A stretch of DNA of 64,000 nucleotides from Pedosphaera sp. (GCA_031414955.1 JANOQV010000184.1:96001-160000); one strand, 5' to 3'. Shown: positions 27,876 to 38,917, numbered from the stretch's first letter. The notes: a model not told the origin generated them from the sequence alone. Made by a program: numbers and translations.

Positions 27876-28658
27876 TTACTTCCGGGCCGCTTCGTAGCCT
27901 GGCTTCGGCTTACCTTCGTCGTCCAGCTTGTCGCAGGCCCAGAGCAACCCGCGCGTCACGAGTCCGAGATACACCTCGTGCTTCATTGTGTCGTTGCTGT
28001 GCCCGAGGGTCGTGGCGAAGATGCGGGTCTGGCCGTAGCTGTTTACCCATACGACGACGTGGTCCTTCTGCGACTCCTCGCTGTAGGCCGTGGCCAGGGG
28101 CGTGAGCGTGGGCCAGATTTTTTCGTTGCGGTAGAGTTCGTCCTTGGGGTCGAGCCACTCGGCGGGAAAAGCTTTCATGATCGGATGCACTGGCTTCGCG
28201 TTCTTCACCTTGAGGTCGCGGCTTTTGTCATGGCTCATGGAGCGAAGGCCGAGCGTTTCCCGCCACGCATCCGTCTTGCCCATGCGGTAGCTGTGCGTCG
28301 AGCAATGCAGCATCACTCCCGGCACGCCCGAGGCGTGCGCAGCGGCGATGTTCTCGATCAGTTTGTCGTCGTCCATATAGCCGAAGCATTCGTTGTGCAG
28401 CACCACGTCATAACCTTTCCACCAGTCCCGCTTCTCGTAGATGGAGACGCGGTTGGTCCGGTCGCTGCCCTCGTGAACGAGGGTGAATTCGACGTTGGCG
28501 CGGGCGGCGATGCCTTCGGAAAGGATGCCCTTCTGGTTCTTGAAATCGTGGCAACATCCTCCGCAGACCATGAGGGCGCGCAGCGGCCGCGTTTCGGCAG
28601 CGTAAGTGGCGAGGGGTAAGAGCAGCGCAATGACCAGGGCGGCGATTGATTTGTTCAT
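27876..28658 (-). CDS. ThuA-like domain secreted protein
   Basis: Signal peptide; 'GGCCHD', 'LHCSTHS', 'HPIMK', 'DELY', 'FATTLGH'. Confidence 0.82.
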   Translation of the reverse strand: MNKSIAALVIALLLPLATYAAETRPLRALMVCGGCCHDFKNQKGILSEGIAARANVEFTLVHEGSDRTNRVSIYEKRDWWKGYDVVLHNECFGYMDDDKLIENIAAAHASGVPGVMLHCSTHSYRMGKTDAWRETLGLRSMSHDKSRDLKVKNAKPVHPIMKAFPAEWLDPKDELYRNEKIWPTLTPLATAYSEESQKDHVVVWVNSYGQTRIFATTLGHSNDTMKHEVYLGLVTRGLLWACDKLDDEGKPKPGYEAARK

Positions 28659-28893
28659 GGCGAGCAGTGTGCAAAAAGCTTCCGGCATCGGGAAGTGGAA
28701 TTGTGACGTGCCCGGCACCTTGGGCGTGTCTGGCTCATGACATCCTCGCGCGACGGAAAACATCTCGCGACCGGCCGGGTGGAAAGTCGACACCCGGGGC
28801 GGGGCAGTCCTCACCCTCACGCCCGCACCGACTTTTCCGGATGCAAGACGGCGTTCCGGTCAGACCCTTGAACTCAGCAAAGATGTCTTGTGG

Positions 28894-29361
28894 ATGGATA
28901 AAAATCTTCTCGCTGCGCCTGAACCTGCTCCCTCGGTTGGTGGCACCGCGCTTCTGGAGCAGTTGCGGGCCGGAGCCACTCAGTCCCCGACCTCCACGAA
29001 AAAATTGTCGCGCTTAAAGTTAAACTCAGCAGAGCCATCGACTGCCCGTGTGGTGAGCAGCCGGCTCGGCTCGCGGGTGCGGGTGGCATCCAGCCTGCGC
29101 GCGACCCGCGATGCGCGGTTGGAAAAGGCGGGCCAGCGGACAGGAATGATCGGTCGTTCTGTTGCCGATTCGCGGGTGCTGCAACTTCGGATCGATCCGC
29201 TGCGGGCCGCGCAAATCGTCTCACTGGCTGCGGTCCTGAACGAATCGTGCGCGACGGCGGGGGACGGAAAGCGGCGAGTGCGGCTGTTGGGCGGCGAGTC
29301 GCAACTGAATGAGGAGGAGCCGTCCGTCCGGATCAGGCTGCCGCGGCCAGAGCTGAGATAA
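28894..29361 (+). CDS. Hypothetical protein
   Basis: Only sizeable ORF filling the gap; no recognisable motif. Confidence 0.3.
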   Translation: MDKNLLAAPEPAPSVGGTALLEQLRAGATQSPTSTKKLSRLKLNSAEPSTARVVSSRLGSRVRVASSLRATRDARLEKAGQRTGMIGRSVADSRVLQLRIDPLRAAQIVSLAAVLNESCATAGDGKRRVRLLGGESQLNEEEPSVRIRLPRPELR

Positions 29362-29376
29362 TCGCGCTCCGCCGCC

Positions 29377-30069
29377 TCACCAGAACTGCCAGGCTCCCTT
29401 CCACACGACCCACAGGCCGAGCAGGAAGTTTGTGATGCTGTGCGCCGTCACCGCGTCGCCCAGCCGGCCTTTCCAAATGACGAGCCCCTGATAGATGAAG
29501 CCGCAGAGAATACCCGCCAGCCATTGCTGATGCTCGAAGCCAAACAAGAGCGCTGTGACGAGGAAGGGCACGGGCAGAAACTTCCCCAGCGGCACGGCCA
29601 GGAACTCCTTGCCCGCAACATAGCGATAAACGAACGAGCGGAAGAAAACTTCCTCCAGGAACGGCACCACCAGCGAGGAGCCGAGGATGCGCACGACAAT
29701 GAAGAAAATCGCCAGCGTCGAGCCGGGACCGAACTCCGCCTGCGGATTCCAAGCCGGCGGGCTGGCCGGTTTCGCGAGGTGCAGTTTTTCCATGAGCGCC
29801 TGGGTCGTCGGATAATGCCCATCCAGCCCCACCCACAAGACGAACACGGCCACGCCCGCGCCGAGAGCCTCCCAGCTCAGATGCCATTCCAGTTCCGCGA
29901 TATGCCGCCAGACCACGGCGAGCATTCCGGCCCCGGCCAGCGTTTTGCCGAGATAGAACCAATAGCGAGCCGGTTCGCCGAATCGATCCTGGAGGGCGGT
30001 GAGAATGATGAAAACGGCAAAAGGCGCAATGCGCGCCAGCGCGGGCGACTGGGTGAGTTTGGAAAACAT
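29377..30069 (-). CDS. CAAX prenyl protease-related (CPBP/Abi) membrane protein
   Basis: 'VPFLEEVFFRSF', 'FGFEH', 'AHSITN' motifs. Confidence 0.88.
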   Translation of the reverse strand: MFSKLTQSPALARIAPFAVFIILTALQDRFGEPARYWFYLGKTLAGAGMLAVVWRHIAELEWHLSWEALGAGVAVFVLWVGLDGHYPTTQALMEKLHLAKPASPPAWNPQAEFGPGSTLAIFFIVVRILGSSLVVPFLEEVFFRSFVYRYVAGKEFLAVPLGKFLPVPFLVTALLFGFEHQQWLAGILCGFIYQGLVIWKGRLGDAVTAHSITNFLLGLWVVWKGAWQFW

Positions 30070-30077
30070 GCTGCGTT

Positions 30078-30719
30078 TCAGCGCAGCGTAAGGACGTTCG
30101 TCTGCCCGCTCAACACCAGTGTTACACTCGAGGCTTGGATGTCCGCGACCAGTACGCCCTGGATTTGATCATCCACGTAGAGCGTCTTGTTGTTGATCAT
30201 CACACTGGGGCTGGAGGGGCGGAAGAATATGCTTTGCAATCGCAGGGGTGGAAACTTCACCGGCTCCACGGGACGAGTCGGTGGAGGCGGCACGGCCACC
30301 ACCACCGGGGCGGTGGCGGTCGGGATGGGGACGTTCGTCGGGGCCGGGCGAGATGCCTGGCGCTCAGCCAAAGATTTCTTCACCGCTTCCGTCGGTAAGG
30401 TTTTCTTCGCCCCTGAGGGCTCGGTGGGATCAAGGTTGGCGGCCAGACGATTGCGTTTTTCCAGGAAAGTGAAGACGGCTGCGATGCTCACACACAGCAC
30501 GAGCACGACGGCGAGAACAATCTGGACGCCCGAGGATTTGCGCGGCGCATCCTCGCCCGCCTCGGTGCCGGCAAAACCCAAGGGTGGGGGGGGAGGCAAA
30601 ATCGACGGCGGCAACGCAGGCGGCGGCGGTGGCGGTGGCGCGCTGACTGGCATGGGCGGAGGCAGTGAGCCCTTGCCCAGATGGCCCGCGCGGCGCAAGG
30701 CGTCATTGATCTGGCTCAT
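30078..30719 (-). CDS. ExeB/GspB-like membrane-anchored protein
   Basis: 'MSQINDALRRA', Pro-rich linker, one TM, C-terminal 'LRLQSIFF...VMINN'; coupled to the ExeA-like gene. Confidence 0.7.
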   Translation of the reverse strand: MSQINDALRRAGHLGKGSLPPPMPVSAPPPPPPPALPPSILPPPPPLGFAGTEAGEDAPRKSSGVQIVLAVVLVLCVSIAAVFTFLEKRNRLAANLDPTEPSGAKKTLPTEAVKKSLAERQASRPAPTNVPIPTATAPVVVAVPPPPTRPVEPVKFPPLRLQSIFFRPSSPSVMINNKTLYVDDQIQGVLVADIQASSVTLVLSGQTNVLTLR

Positions 30720-31540
30720 GTGGCGAAGTTCCCCTCCAGCTCGCGGATGGCCCGGTTGGCCAGCCCGAAATCAATGCCCATGCTCTGGTGGATAAAACCC
30801 GCGAGCAGGCACTTGTCGCACACCGCGTTGACCAGCCTTGGAATGCCCTTGGTGTAATTAAAAATCCGCCAGATGGCCGCCATGCTGAAGCTTGGCGTGC
30901 CGTTGGCCCCCGACACCTGGAGCCGGTGCCGGATGTAATCCTTCACCTCGCTCAATTGCAGAGGGCGCAGATGATAGCGAATGGTCACCCGCTGGCGCAG
31001 TTGCCGCAGCGAATGATCGTTCAGCCGGTCCCGCAGCTCGGGCTGCCCCATGAGCACGATCTGGATCAGCTTCCGGTCATCCGTCTCCAGGTTCGAGATC
31101 AGTCGGACCTGCTCCAGCAATTCATTCGTCAAGTTCTGGGCCTCGTCGATGATCAGCACCACTTCACGTTGCTTGGCCATTTCCTCCAGCAGGAAAAAAT
31201 TGAGGATTTGCAGCGTCTGAAACCGGTCTTTGTTCCGCACATCCAGACCAAACTCCGTGGCGATGGCCGACATGAGCTGGTCGGGATCCAGCAGCGGATT
31301 GAGGATGAGCGCGGTCGAATATTGCTCGGGCGGCAATTGTTCCAGCAGGGCGCGACACAGCGTCGTCTTGCCCGCGCCGACTTCGCCCGTCAACTGCACG
31401 AAGCCCTTGCGCTCGCGGATGCCGTAAACCAGATGGTTCAACGCCTCCCGGTGCTTCGGACTCAAATAGAGGAAGCGCGGATTGGGCGTGATCATGAAGG
31501 GTGCCTCCTTCAGACCGTAAAACTGCAAATAGCCGTTCAT
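30716..31540 (-). CDS. ExeA/GspA-family AAA ATPase
   Basis: 'PFMITPNPRFLY', Walker A 'GEVGAGKT', 'IIDEAQNL', 'GQPEL', 'GIPRLVN'. Confidence 0.92.
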   Translation of the reverse strand: MNGYLQFYGLKEAPFMITPNPRFLYLSPKHREALNHLVYGIRERKGFVQLTGEVGAGKTTLCRALLEQLPPEQYSTALILNPLLDPDQLMSAIATEFGLDVRNKDRFQTLQILNFFLLEEMAKQREVVLIIDEAQNLTNELLEQVRLISNLETDDRKLIQIVLMGQPELRDRLNDHSLRQLRQRVTIRYHLRPLQLSEVKDYIRHRLQVSGANGTPSFSMAAIWRIFNYTKGIPRLVNAVCDKCLLAGFIHQSMGIDFGLANRAIRELEGNFAT

Positions 31541-31728
31541 TGCTCAAAAGGTTCATCGGCTGTCTCTCACAAAAACTTCACTCGACTTCCTACAACCGCC
31601 CCTCATGCGTTCCGCGACGGTCGGAAAACTTGCTTGGGTCGCAGGCCGTTCCGTTCCGCAATGAGGCCGAGACGGGCCGGGGACACCGGCGAGTTTTCCG
31701 GCCGGCCCGCCGCCGTGATCGGCGGGAA

Positions 31729-33381
31729 GTGATTAGTGATTGGTGCCGTCCCGGCCTTTGGGCAAGCTGCGCCGCGTTGCAATTGGGCTGGAGCAAATCA
31801 CCGTGGTTTCGCCGGGGGCTGGCCGTCGTGGCTGGCGCGGCGCTGGCCCTGGCCTTTCCCAAAGCAGGCGTGGGCGGTTTGGCGTGGGTGGCACCGGCCC
31901 TCATGCTCGGGGCGGCCCGGGGTGGAAATGCTTTTCGCCTCGGCCTGCTCGCCGGGTTCACGCAGCACCTCATTTCGCTTTCCTGGCTGCTGCACATCCC
32001 GGTGAAGTTTTATCCCATTCTCGGCTGGCTCGTGCTGGCGGGTTATCTCGCGCTCTATCCGGCGGCGTGGGTGTGGGCCTGCGGGAAGGTGGGAGGCCGG
32101 CGAACGGAGGCAGGCTCTGAAAACTGGCTGGCCCGCAAGGGTTTCGCGCTGTTCTGCGCGGCGGCCTGGGTGGCGCTGGAAATGATCGGCGCGCGGATCT
32201 TCACCGGCTTTCCGTGGAACATGCTCGGTGTTTCACAGCGGCAGAATCTGCTGCCGTTGGTTCAGATCGCGGCCTGGACCGGCGTTTCTGGCGTGTCATT
32301 TCTCATCGTCTGGTTCTCGGTCTCGTTGCTCCACGCGCTCGAAGCGTTGGTCCGTCAACCGGCCGAGCGTCACGTTTGGCTCAAGGAGATCGCGCTGCCC
32401 ATGCTGGTCCTGACCGTGGTTTATGCCGGTGGCCTCCATCGCATCCGTTCGGCCTCGCCGCCGGATCGCTCCCTCCGCATCGCCCTGGTGCAGCCCAGCA
32501 TTCCGCAGACGATGATTTGGAACCCGGCCGACGCCGGCGCGCGTTTCGAGGAGTTGCTGAGGCTCACCGCCGCCGCGCTGACCAACCAGCCCGATCTGAT
32601 CATCTGGCCTGAGGCCGCCGTGCCCAAAATGTTGCGCGACGATCCGGACCTGCAACAGGCCGTGACCCAACTGGTGCGCTCCAACCGGGTCTGGATGATT
32701 CTAGGCTCAGACGACTTTGGTTTTCGCGGCACCAACGTGCTTTTCTACAACAGTGCTTTTCTCGTGAATCCGCGCGGCGAACTGGCGGCCAGTTACGCCA
32801 AGCGCCGCCTCGTCCTCTTCGGAGAGTACGTGCCGTTCCTCGACTGGCTGCCGTTCATCAAGTATTTCACGCCCATCACCGGCGGTTTCACGGCGGGCGA
32901 ACATCCGGTTCCGTTTGACCTCCATGAACTGGGCGTGAAGACCTCCGTACTCATCTGCTTCGAGGATATTTTCCCGCCTTCCGCCCGCGAGCACGCCGCC
33001 GGGGAGATCGACTTTTTGATGAACATCACCAACGACGGCTGGTTCGGCGACAGCGGCATGCAATGGCAGCACGCCGCCAACGCCGCCTTCCGCGCCGTGG
33101 AGAACGACCGGCCGCTCGTCCGCTGCGCCAACAATGGACTGAGCTGCTGGATCGATCGGTTTGGGGCGATGCATAACGTGGAGTTTCCTGACGGGCCGGA
33201 CCTGCACCGCGCCGGATTTAAGATCGTGACCGTGCCGCTGCCGGCGCGCGCCGCCTCCCCGGCCCGGACTTTTTACCATCGGCACGGCGACTGGTTCGGA
33301 TGGGCCTGCGTGGCTCTCAGCGGGCTGGTGCTGGGACTTCGATTCCGCCGGCGCGGGCGCGAGGCCGACCCGGTCCATTAG
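31729..33381 (+). CDS. lnt: Apolipoprotein N-acyltransferase
   Basis: 'TGFPW', 'WPEAA', 'YAKRRLVLFGEYVP', 'ICFED', 'TNDGWF', 'RAVEN'; start uncertain. Confidence 0.93.
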   Translation: MISDWCRPGLWASCAALQLGWSKSPWFRRGLAVVAGAALALAFPKAGVGGLAWVAPALMLGAARGGNAFRLGLLAGFTQHLISLSWLLHIPVKFYPILGWLVLAGYLALYPAAWVWACGKVGGRRTEAGSENWLARKGFALFCAAAWVALEMIGARIFTGFPWNMLGVSQRQNLLPLVQIAAWTGVSGVSFLIVWFSVSLLHALEALVRQPAERHVWLKEIALPMLVLTVVYAGGLHRIRSASPPDRSLRIALVQPSIPQTMIWNPADAGARFEELLRLTAAALTNQPDLIIWPEAAVPKMLRDDPDLQQAVTQLVRSNRVWMILGSDDFGFRGTNVLFYNSAFLVNPRGELAASYAKRRLVLFGEYVPFLDWLPFIKYFTPITGGFTAGEHPVPFDLHELGVKTSVLICFEDIFPPSAREHAAGEIDFLMNITNDGWFGDSGMQWQHAANAAFRAVENDRPLVRCANNGLSCWIDRFGAMHNVEFPDGPDLHRAGFKIVTVPLPARAASPARTFYHRHGDWFGWACVALSGLVLGLRFRRRGREADPVH

Positions 33382-33561
33382 CCTGCCTCCTGCGCCCGGC
33401 TTGGGAAGAACGGAGCCGCCGCCGGGCGTAATCTCACCCATCCGGGCCTCGGTTCCCATCTTCGCCCGTGGGCCGCTCGCTTTCTCCGACCGCTGGTGGC
33501 TCAAGCCGTGCGTCGATAAATCCGATTGTTGCTCAGGAATGCGTACCCAGGAGAAGTCCTC

Positions 33562-36500
33562 GTGAACGCCGCACCCGGCCCGGTTTCGCCGGTGCGGCGT
33601 GCGGCTCCGCTCTGGATGGTCCTCCTGGGCGGAGTGGCGCTGGCTTTCATGGCCTTCCTCATCGCCCGGCAGCAGGAGTCGTTACGGGGGAAGTCTGAAT
33701 TTGTCCGGCGGGCGGAGGTTTATTCGGCGGCCATGCAAGCCAGTCTCGCCCAGCACCTGGAAAGCCTTCGCGGCTTGCAGCGTCTGCTGCAACTTTCCTC
33801 GCGCGCGGATTCCGGCGAGTTTCAGACTTGGGCCAGGGAAATTCTTGCCGAGCGTCCGGAGTTGCAAGTGCTGGAATGGTGCCCGCGTGTGTCCGGTGCG
33901 GATCGCGCCCGATTCGAGGCCGAGGCCGGCCGCAATCGTCCGGTTCCCTTCACCATCGTCGAGCGGGATGCCCGCCGACAGCTCCGCCCGGCGGCGCCGC
34001 GTTCCGAGTATTTCCCCGTGCTCCACTTCGCGCCGGTCGAGGGCAACGAACCGGTGAATGGCTTCGATGTGGCCACGGGCCTGGCCTCCCATGAGTTGTG
34101 GCAGGCCCGCGACACCGGGCAGGCCGCGACCTCGGAGCGGTTGCGACTGGTCCAGGATGTGCGCGGTCGGTTCGGGCTGATTGTTACCCTGCCCGTGTAT
34201 CAGGCGGGACCGGTTCCAGATTCGGTGGCTCAACGGCGCGAGGCTTTCGCAGGCTGCGTGCGCGGAGTGTTCCGCATGAACGAACTGTTCCAATCCGCCT
34301 GGCGCGAGGTGCCGTTCACCGGGGTGGAGACGCTGGTGGTGGACGGAGCGGCTTTGCAGCCCACGAATCGTTTCATCCTCTTCAATCACTCGACGGACGA
34401 CCTCAGCGCCAACCCCGCCACCGAGCAGAACTTTCGTGAGGGCCATCATCACGAGGCCCGGCTGCTCGTGGGCGGACGCATCTGGACGATCCTCTTTCGC
34501 CCCACGGTCGGCTGGTGGCAATCCCAGTTCAGTTGGTTGCCGCACTTTATCCTGGCCGGCGGGCTGAGCATCACGCTGCTGATTGCCGGATACCTGCGCG
34601 GCTCCCTGCGCCGCACCGAACTCATCGAGTGTACGGTGGTCGAACGCACGGCGGAATTGCAGCGGGCCAATGACTGGTTGAAACTCGAGGTCGCCGAACG
34701 GCGCCGCACCGAGGCCGAATTGTCCAAGGCCCAGGCCACCCTCATGCGGGCGCAGCGGATCGGGCGCGTCGGCAGTTGGGAGGTGGACCTGGACACGGGT
34801 GCTCTTTCCTGGTCGGAGGAGACTTGCCGCATCTTCGGGCACGATCCGGAAACCTTCCAGCCCACCCACGCCGCGTTCTATGCTGCCATTCACCCGGACG
34901 ACCGGGCGCGCGTGGAAGCGGCCGGGCGCGCGGCTCGGGAGCATCAGGCCCGCTACGACACCGAGCACCGGGTTCGCCGACCGGATGGCTCCGAACACAT
35001 CGTCCATGAGATGGCCGAGGTGGTGCGCGACGAACAGGGTCAGGCCCGGCGCCTGATCGGCACCGTGCAAGACATCACCGAGCGCCACTGCGCCGAGGAG
35101 CGCCTGGAAATGGAGCGCAATCTCCTGCGCACGGTCATCGACCACTTGCCTGATTACATTTCCTTCAAGGACCGCGAGGGGCGCTTCGTCATGTTGAACC
35201 AGGCCTGCCAGCAATTGCTGGGCGTGCCGCAAATGGAGGAGGCCATTGGCCGCACCGACGCCGACTTCCTGCCCGCGGAAGTGGCCATGACTTGCCTGGC
35301 CACCGACGCCCGCATCACAAATTCCGGCCAGCCGGTCATCAATCATGAAGAGCCGCTGCTCACCCGTGACGGCCAGAAGCGCGTCCTGCTCACGACCAAA
35401 ATTCCGCTCCGGGATGCGCGCGGCCTTGTCACCGGCATCGTGGGCGTGTCCCGCGACATCACCGAATTGAAACACGCCGAGGAGGCCCGGCACCAGTTGG
35501 CGCGCAAGTTTCAGGAGACGCAAAAGTTGGAGAGCCTCGGCGTGCTGGCCGGCGGCATCGCGCACGATTTCAACAACCTGCTCACCGGTATTCTCGGCCA
35601 TGCCGGCCTGGCCCGGCTGCGCCTGGCCCCGGATTCCGAACTCCAGCCTCACCTGGAGCAGATCGAGAACTCTTCCCTGCGCGCCGCCGACCTGTGCAAG
35701 CAGATGCTGGCCTACTCGGGCAAGGGCCGGTTCGTCATTCAGCGCCTGCAACTCAGCCAGTTGGTTCAGGACACGGTCCAACTGCTCCAGATCTCGATCA
35801 ATAAGAAGGCCGTGCTCGATCTGCAATTGGAAGGGCCTTTGCCGGTGGTCATGGGCGATGCCACTCAATTCCGACAGGTCATCATGAATCTCGTCCTGAA
35901 CGCCTCGGACGCACTGGGCGACAAGCGCGGCACCATCTCCCTCTCGACCTGCGCCGTGCTGTTGAACCGCGCCACGCTGGCCGAGTACACGGGCGGCGAA
36001 GAATTGATGCCGGGGCCCTACGTCGTGCTGGAAGTCACCGACAGCGGGTGCGGCATGAACGCAGCCACCCTGGCGCGCATCTTCGAGCCTTTCTTCACCA
36101 CTAAATTCACCGGGCGCGGCCTGGGTCTGGCGGCGGTGCTCGGCATCGTGCGCGGCCATAAAGGCGCTCTCCAAGTGCGGAGCCAGCCCGGCCTGGGTAC
36201 GACCTTTCGGCTGGTGCTGCCCGCCGCCGGCCCCGCCAGCCGCGAATCCAATCTCACGGCTCGCCCCACTCCGCCCGTCGGGCGTGGTCACGGCCCGGTG
36301 CTGGTGATCGATGACGAGGAAGGCGTGCGCCTGGTCGCCAGCCAGATGCTGAAGTCCCTGGGCTTCGACGTGCTCACCGCCGCGGACGGTGAGCAGGGGG
36401 TCCAGCTCTTTCGTGCTCATCAGGACAAACTGCGCGCCGTGTTGTGCGACCTGACCATGCCGAAGAAGGACGGCGAGGAAACTATCCGCGAGATTCGTGC

Positions 36501-36705
36501 CCTGGACCCGAAGACGTGTGTGGTCCTGATGAGCGGATTCAACGAACAAGAAACGGCCGCGCGCTTCGTCAGTGCCGGGTTGGCGGGTTTTCTGCAAAAG
36601 CCCTTCACCACGGATCAATTGCGGGAACGGCTGGCCCGTCTGCTGGGGCCGGGCCGCAAACTTAAACCCGTGGTTCCCACAGTCCTGTCCAGGGTAGAGG
36701 CGTGA
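33562..36705 (+). CDS. Hybrid sensor kinase: CHASE-PAS-PAS-HisKA-HATPase-receiver
   Basis: Periplasmic CHASE-like domain between TMs; 'GGIAHDFNNLL', 'FEPFFTTK', 'GLGLA', 'VLVIDDE', 'LQKPF'. Confidence 0.92.
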   Translation: MNAAPGPVSPVRRAAPLWMVLLGGVALAFMAFLIARQQESLRGKSEFVRRAEVYSAAMQASLAQHLESLRGLQRLLQLSSRADSGEFQTWAREILAERPELQVLEWCPRVSGADRARFEAEAGRNRPVPFTIVERDARRQLRPAAPRSEYFPVLHFAPVEGNEPVNGFDVATGLASHELWQARDTGQAATSERLRLVQDVRGRFGLIVTLPVYQAGPVPDSVAQRREAFAGCVRGVFRMNELFQSAWREVPFTGVETLVVDGAALQPTNRFILFNHSTDDLSANPATEQNFREGHHHEARLLVGGRIWTILFRPTVGWWQSQFSWLPHFILAGGLSITLLIAGYLRGSLRRTELIECTVVERTAELQRANDWLKLEVAERRRTEAELSKAQATLMRAQRIGRVGSWEVDLDTGALSWSEETCRIFGHDPETFQPTHAAFYAAIHPDDRARVEAAGRAAREHQARYDTEHRVRRPDGSEHIVHEMAEVVRDEQGQARRLIGTVQDITERHCAEERLEMERNLLRTVIDHLPDYISFKDREGRFVMLNQACQQLLGVPQMEEAIGRTDADFLPAEVAMTCLATDARITNSGQPVINHEEPLLTRDGQKRVLLTTKIPLRDARGLVTGIVGVSRDITELKHAEEARHQLARKFQETQKLESLGVLAGGIAHDFNNLLTGILGHAGLARLRLAPDSELQPHLEQIENSSLRAADLCKQMLAYSGKGRFVIQRLQLSQLVQDTVQLLQISINKKAVLDLQLEGPLPVVMGDATQFRQVIMNLVLNASDALGDKRGTISLSTCAVLLNRATLAEYTGGEELMPGPYVVLEVTDSGCGMNAATLARIFEPFFTTKFTGRGLGLAAVLGIVRGHKGALQVRSQPGLGTTFRLVLPAAGPASRESNLTARPTPPVGRGHGPVLVIDDEEGVRLVASQMLKSLGFDVLTAADGEQGVQLFRAHQDKLRAVLCDLTMPKKDGEETIREIRALDPKTCVVLMSGFNEQETAARFVSAGLAGFLQKPFTTDQLRERLARLLGPGRKLKPVVPTVLSRVEA

Positions 36706-36928
36706 TCGGGTGGGGCGGGTCAGCCAGCCACCGCCGACACGATTCTCGAGCTGACACCACTCGCGTGGCGCGCGGTGGCGCATCGTCCTGGCCTTCCCCG
36801 GGCGAGGCATTCTAGCCTCCAACAAGCCCAGTCTTCGGATGCGCCCCTGCTTTCCCTTGGGCCGGAACTTGATTGCCGCGCCCGTCCGCCCTGTGTTCTG
36901 CTTCGCCCGTTCCCAAAACTTGAATCGC

Positions 36929-37900
36929 ATGTCAGCACCCAAAGCTAATTTCACCCAAGCCGTGCGCGAACGCGTCGCGGAAGTCGTCGTCGGCCAGGAT
37001 GTCGTCGTGGAGCGCATGATGATTGCGCTGCTCACGGGCGGGCATCTACTCCTGCTCGGCGTGCCGGGCACGGCCAAGACGCTGCTCGTGAACGCGGTCG
37101 CCAAGGCCGTCGATCTCAAGTTCAGTCGCGTGCAGTTCACCATTGATATGCTGCCGAGCGACATTCTCGGCTCGGAAATTTTGGACCAGACGGCGGGCAC
37201 CTTCCGCGTCCACAAGGGGCCGGTGTTCACGAATCTCCTGCTCGCGGATGAAATCAACCGCGCCGCGCCCAAGGTGCAGAGCGCGCTGCTCGAAGCCATG
37301 CAGGAGCGCAAGGTCAGCATCGGCAACAACAGCCATCCGCTGCCCGTGCCGTTCCTCGTCATCGCCACGCAGAATCCCATCGAGCAGGCCGGCACGTTCG
37401 AGTTGCCCGAGGCGCAGCTCGACCGCTTCATGCTTTGCCATCGCCTGAACTACCCGACCTCCGAGCAGGAGGAGGAAGTGCTGCGCCGCCAGCTCAAGAT
37501 GGGCCTCAAGCGCACCGAAGGCGGCGCGATGCCGAAGACGGCCTTTGACATGATTTCGCAGGAAGCGGTCTGTCACCTGAGCGAACTCGTCGGCGCGATG
37601 GAGTCGGTGCAGAAGGTTCACGTCAGCGATGTGTTCATGAAACACTGCGTCGAGTTCGTGCGGCTGACGCGCGCGCATCCGGCCATTGAACTCGGCTGCT
37701 CGCCGCGCGCCGGACTGGCCATCGTGCAAGCCGCGCGCGCCCGCGCCTTTATCCACGACCGCGACTACGTGGTGCCGGAAGATTTGTTCCAGCTCGCCGA
37801 AGACGTGGTGCTCCACCGCATCCGCCTGAGCTACGAAGCGCTGGCCGAAGGCAAGAAGCCCGCGGCGGTGCTGGAGGAGATGTTGAAGAAGTTGGGGTGA
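36929..37900 (+). CDS. moxR: MoxR-family AAA+ ATPase
   Basis: 'GVPGTAKT', 'LADEINRAAPKVQSALLEAMQE', 'ATQNPIEQ', 'LPEAQLDRF'. Confidence 0.94.
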   Translation: MSAPKANFTQAVRERVAEVVVGQDVVVERMMIALLTGGHLLLLGVPGTAKTLLVNAVAKAVDLKFSRVQFTIDMLPSDILGSEILDQTAGTFRVHKGPVFTNLLLADEINRAAPKVQSALLEAMQERKVSIGNNSHPLPVPFLVIATQNPIEQAGTFELPEAQLDRFMLCHRLNYPTSEQEEEVLRRQLKMGLKRTEGGAMPKTAFDMISQEAVCHLSELVGAMESVQKVHVSDVFMKHCVEFVRLTRAHPAIELGCSPRAGLAIVQAARARAFIHDRDYVVPEDLFQLAEDVVLHRIRLSYEALAEGKKPAAVLEEMLKKLG

Positions 37901-37929
37901 AGAACCGCGAATGGACACGAATTCAGAAC

Positions 37930-38163
37930 GGAGCGCCGCCGTCCCCGGCGGCTTGGGACGGGTGAAAACATTGACGGCTGAATCAAACCAGAGATGAACG
38001 CGAGCAGTAACTTGAGCATCGTAAGCCAGCGAAGACGCTGGCGCTCCGGAGCGCCGCCGTCCCGGCGGCTTTCGGCAAACGAATAGCTTAAAGGCTGAAT
38101 CAAACCAGTGATGAGCACAGGCAGGAAATCCAACGCGCAAAGCCGGCGGGCCGCCGGCGCTCC
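37930..38163. repeat. Two tandem REPIN-like units (37930-38047, 38048-38163)
   Basis: Each unit is GGAGCGCCGCCGTCCC... + core GGCTGAATCAAACCAG(A/T)GATGA + ...GGCGCTCC. Confidence 0.9.
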
Positions 38164-38917
38164 TGCCCGTCGTTCCACACCGCCTTACAATCCCGGCCTG
38201 CAAAAACTTGTTGAAGGCAAACAGGCATGGACCGTACCGCTGGACGATGACGCCAAGGCCAAGGGCTTTCTCGGCTGGCATCAGCGCGGTTATGTGCCGC
38301 ACTACGATGCGCCTGGGCTGACGCAAATCGTCACGATTCGACTGGCCGACTCGCTGCCTGCCAGTCGCCGGGGCGAATGGGAGCATTTGTTGAGCATCGA
38401 AGACGACCGCCAGCGTCGTCGCCGTTTGGAGGAATATCTGGATCGCGGCCTGGGCGAATGCTGGCTCGGACGGCCCGAAATCGCGACGCTGGCCGAGTCC
38501 GCGCTGCGCCACTTTGATGGCGAACGCTACGGCTTGGGCGCATGGGTGGTGATGCCGAATCACCTGCACCTGCTCGTGGATGTCTGGGATGTGCCCCTGT
38601 CCAAGTTGATTGCAGGTTGGAAGAGCTTCATCGCGCACGAAGCCAATCAGGTTTTGCATCGAACCGGAGAATTTTGGCAGCGCGAATATCTCGACACGGT
38701 AATCCGGGATGAGACGCACCGGCGGACGGCGGTGAAATATATCGAGAACAATCCGGTGAAAGCGGGTTTTGTCCGCGAGGCGAAGGAATGGAATTGGAGC
38801 AGCGCGCGCCATCGGGATGATTACGGGAACTTGCCGCCTGTGCCCGCAAAAGGAGCGTCCGCAGAACGGAGCGCCGCCGTCCCGTCGGCTTTGGACGAAC
38901 GAAAAGTCGAGGGCTGA
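38111..38917 (+). mobile_element. REP-associated tyrosine transposase-like protein (RAYT, Y1 HUH family)
   Basis: 'WHQRGYVPH', HUH 'VVMPNHLHLL', 'FWQREYLD', catalytic 'YIENNPVKAG'; flanked by REP-like palindromes. Confidence 0.9.

Noticed and set aside
30595..30660. GGC-rich repeat
   Set aside because: Simply encodes the poly-proline linker of the ExeB-like protein
33682..37431. 1249-aa minus-strand ORF
   Set aside because: Antisense shadow of the hybrid kinase and moxR in GC-rich DNA; no motifs
37930..38163. CRISPR array (conserved core with variable spacers)
   Set aside because: Only two adjacent units, the 'spacers' are mutually similar and bounded by REP-like arms, and there are no cas genes; a REPIN-like repeat fits better
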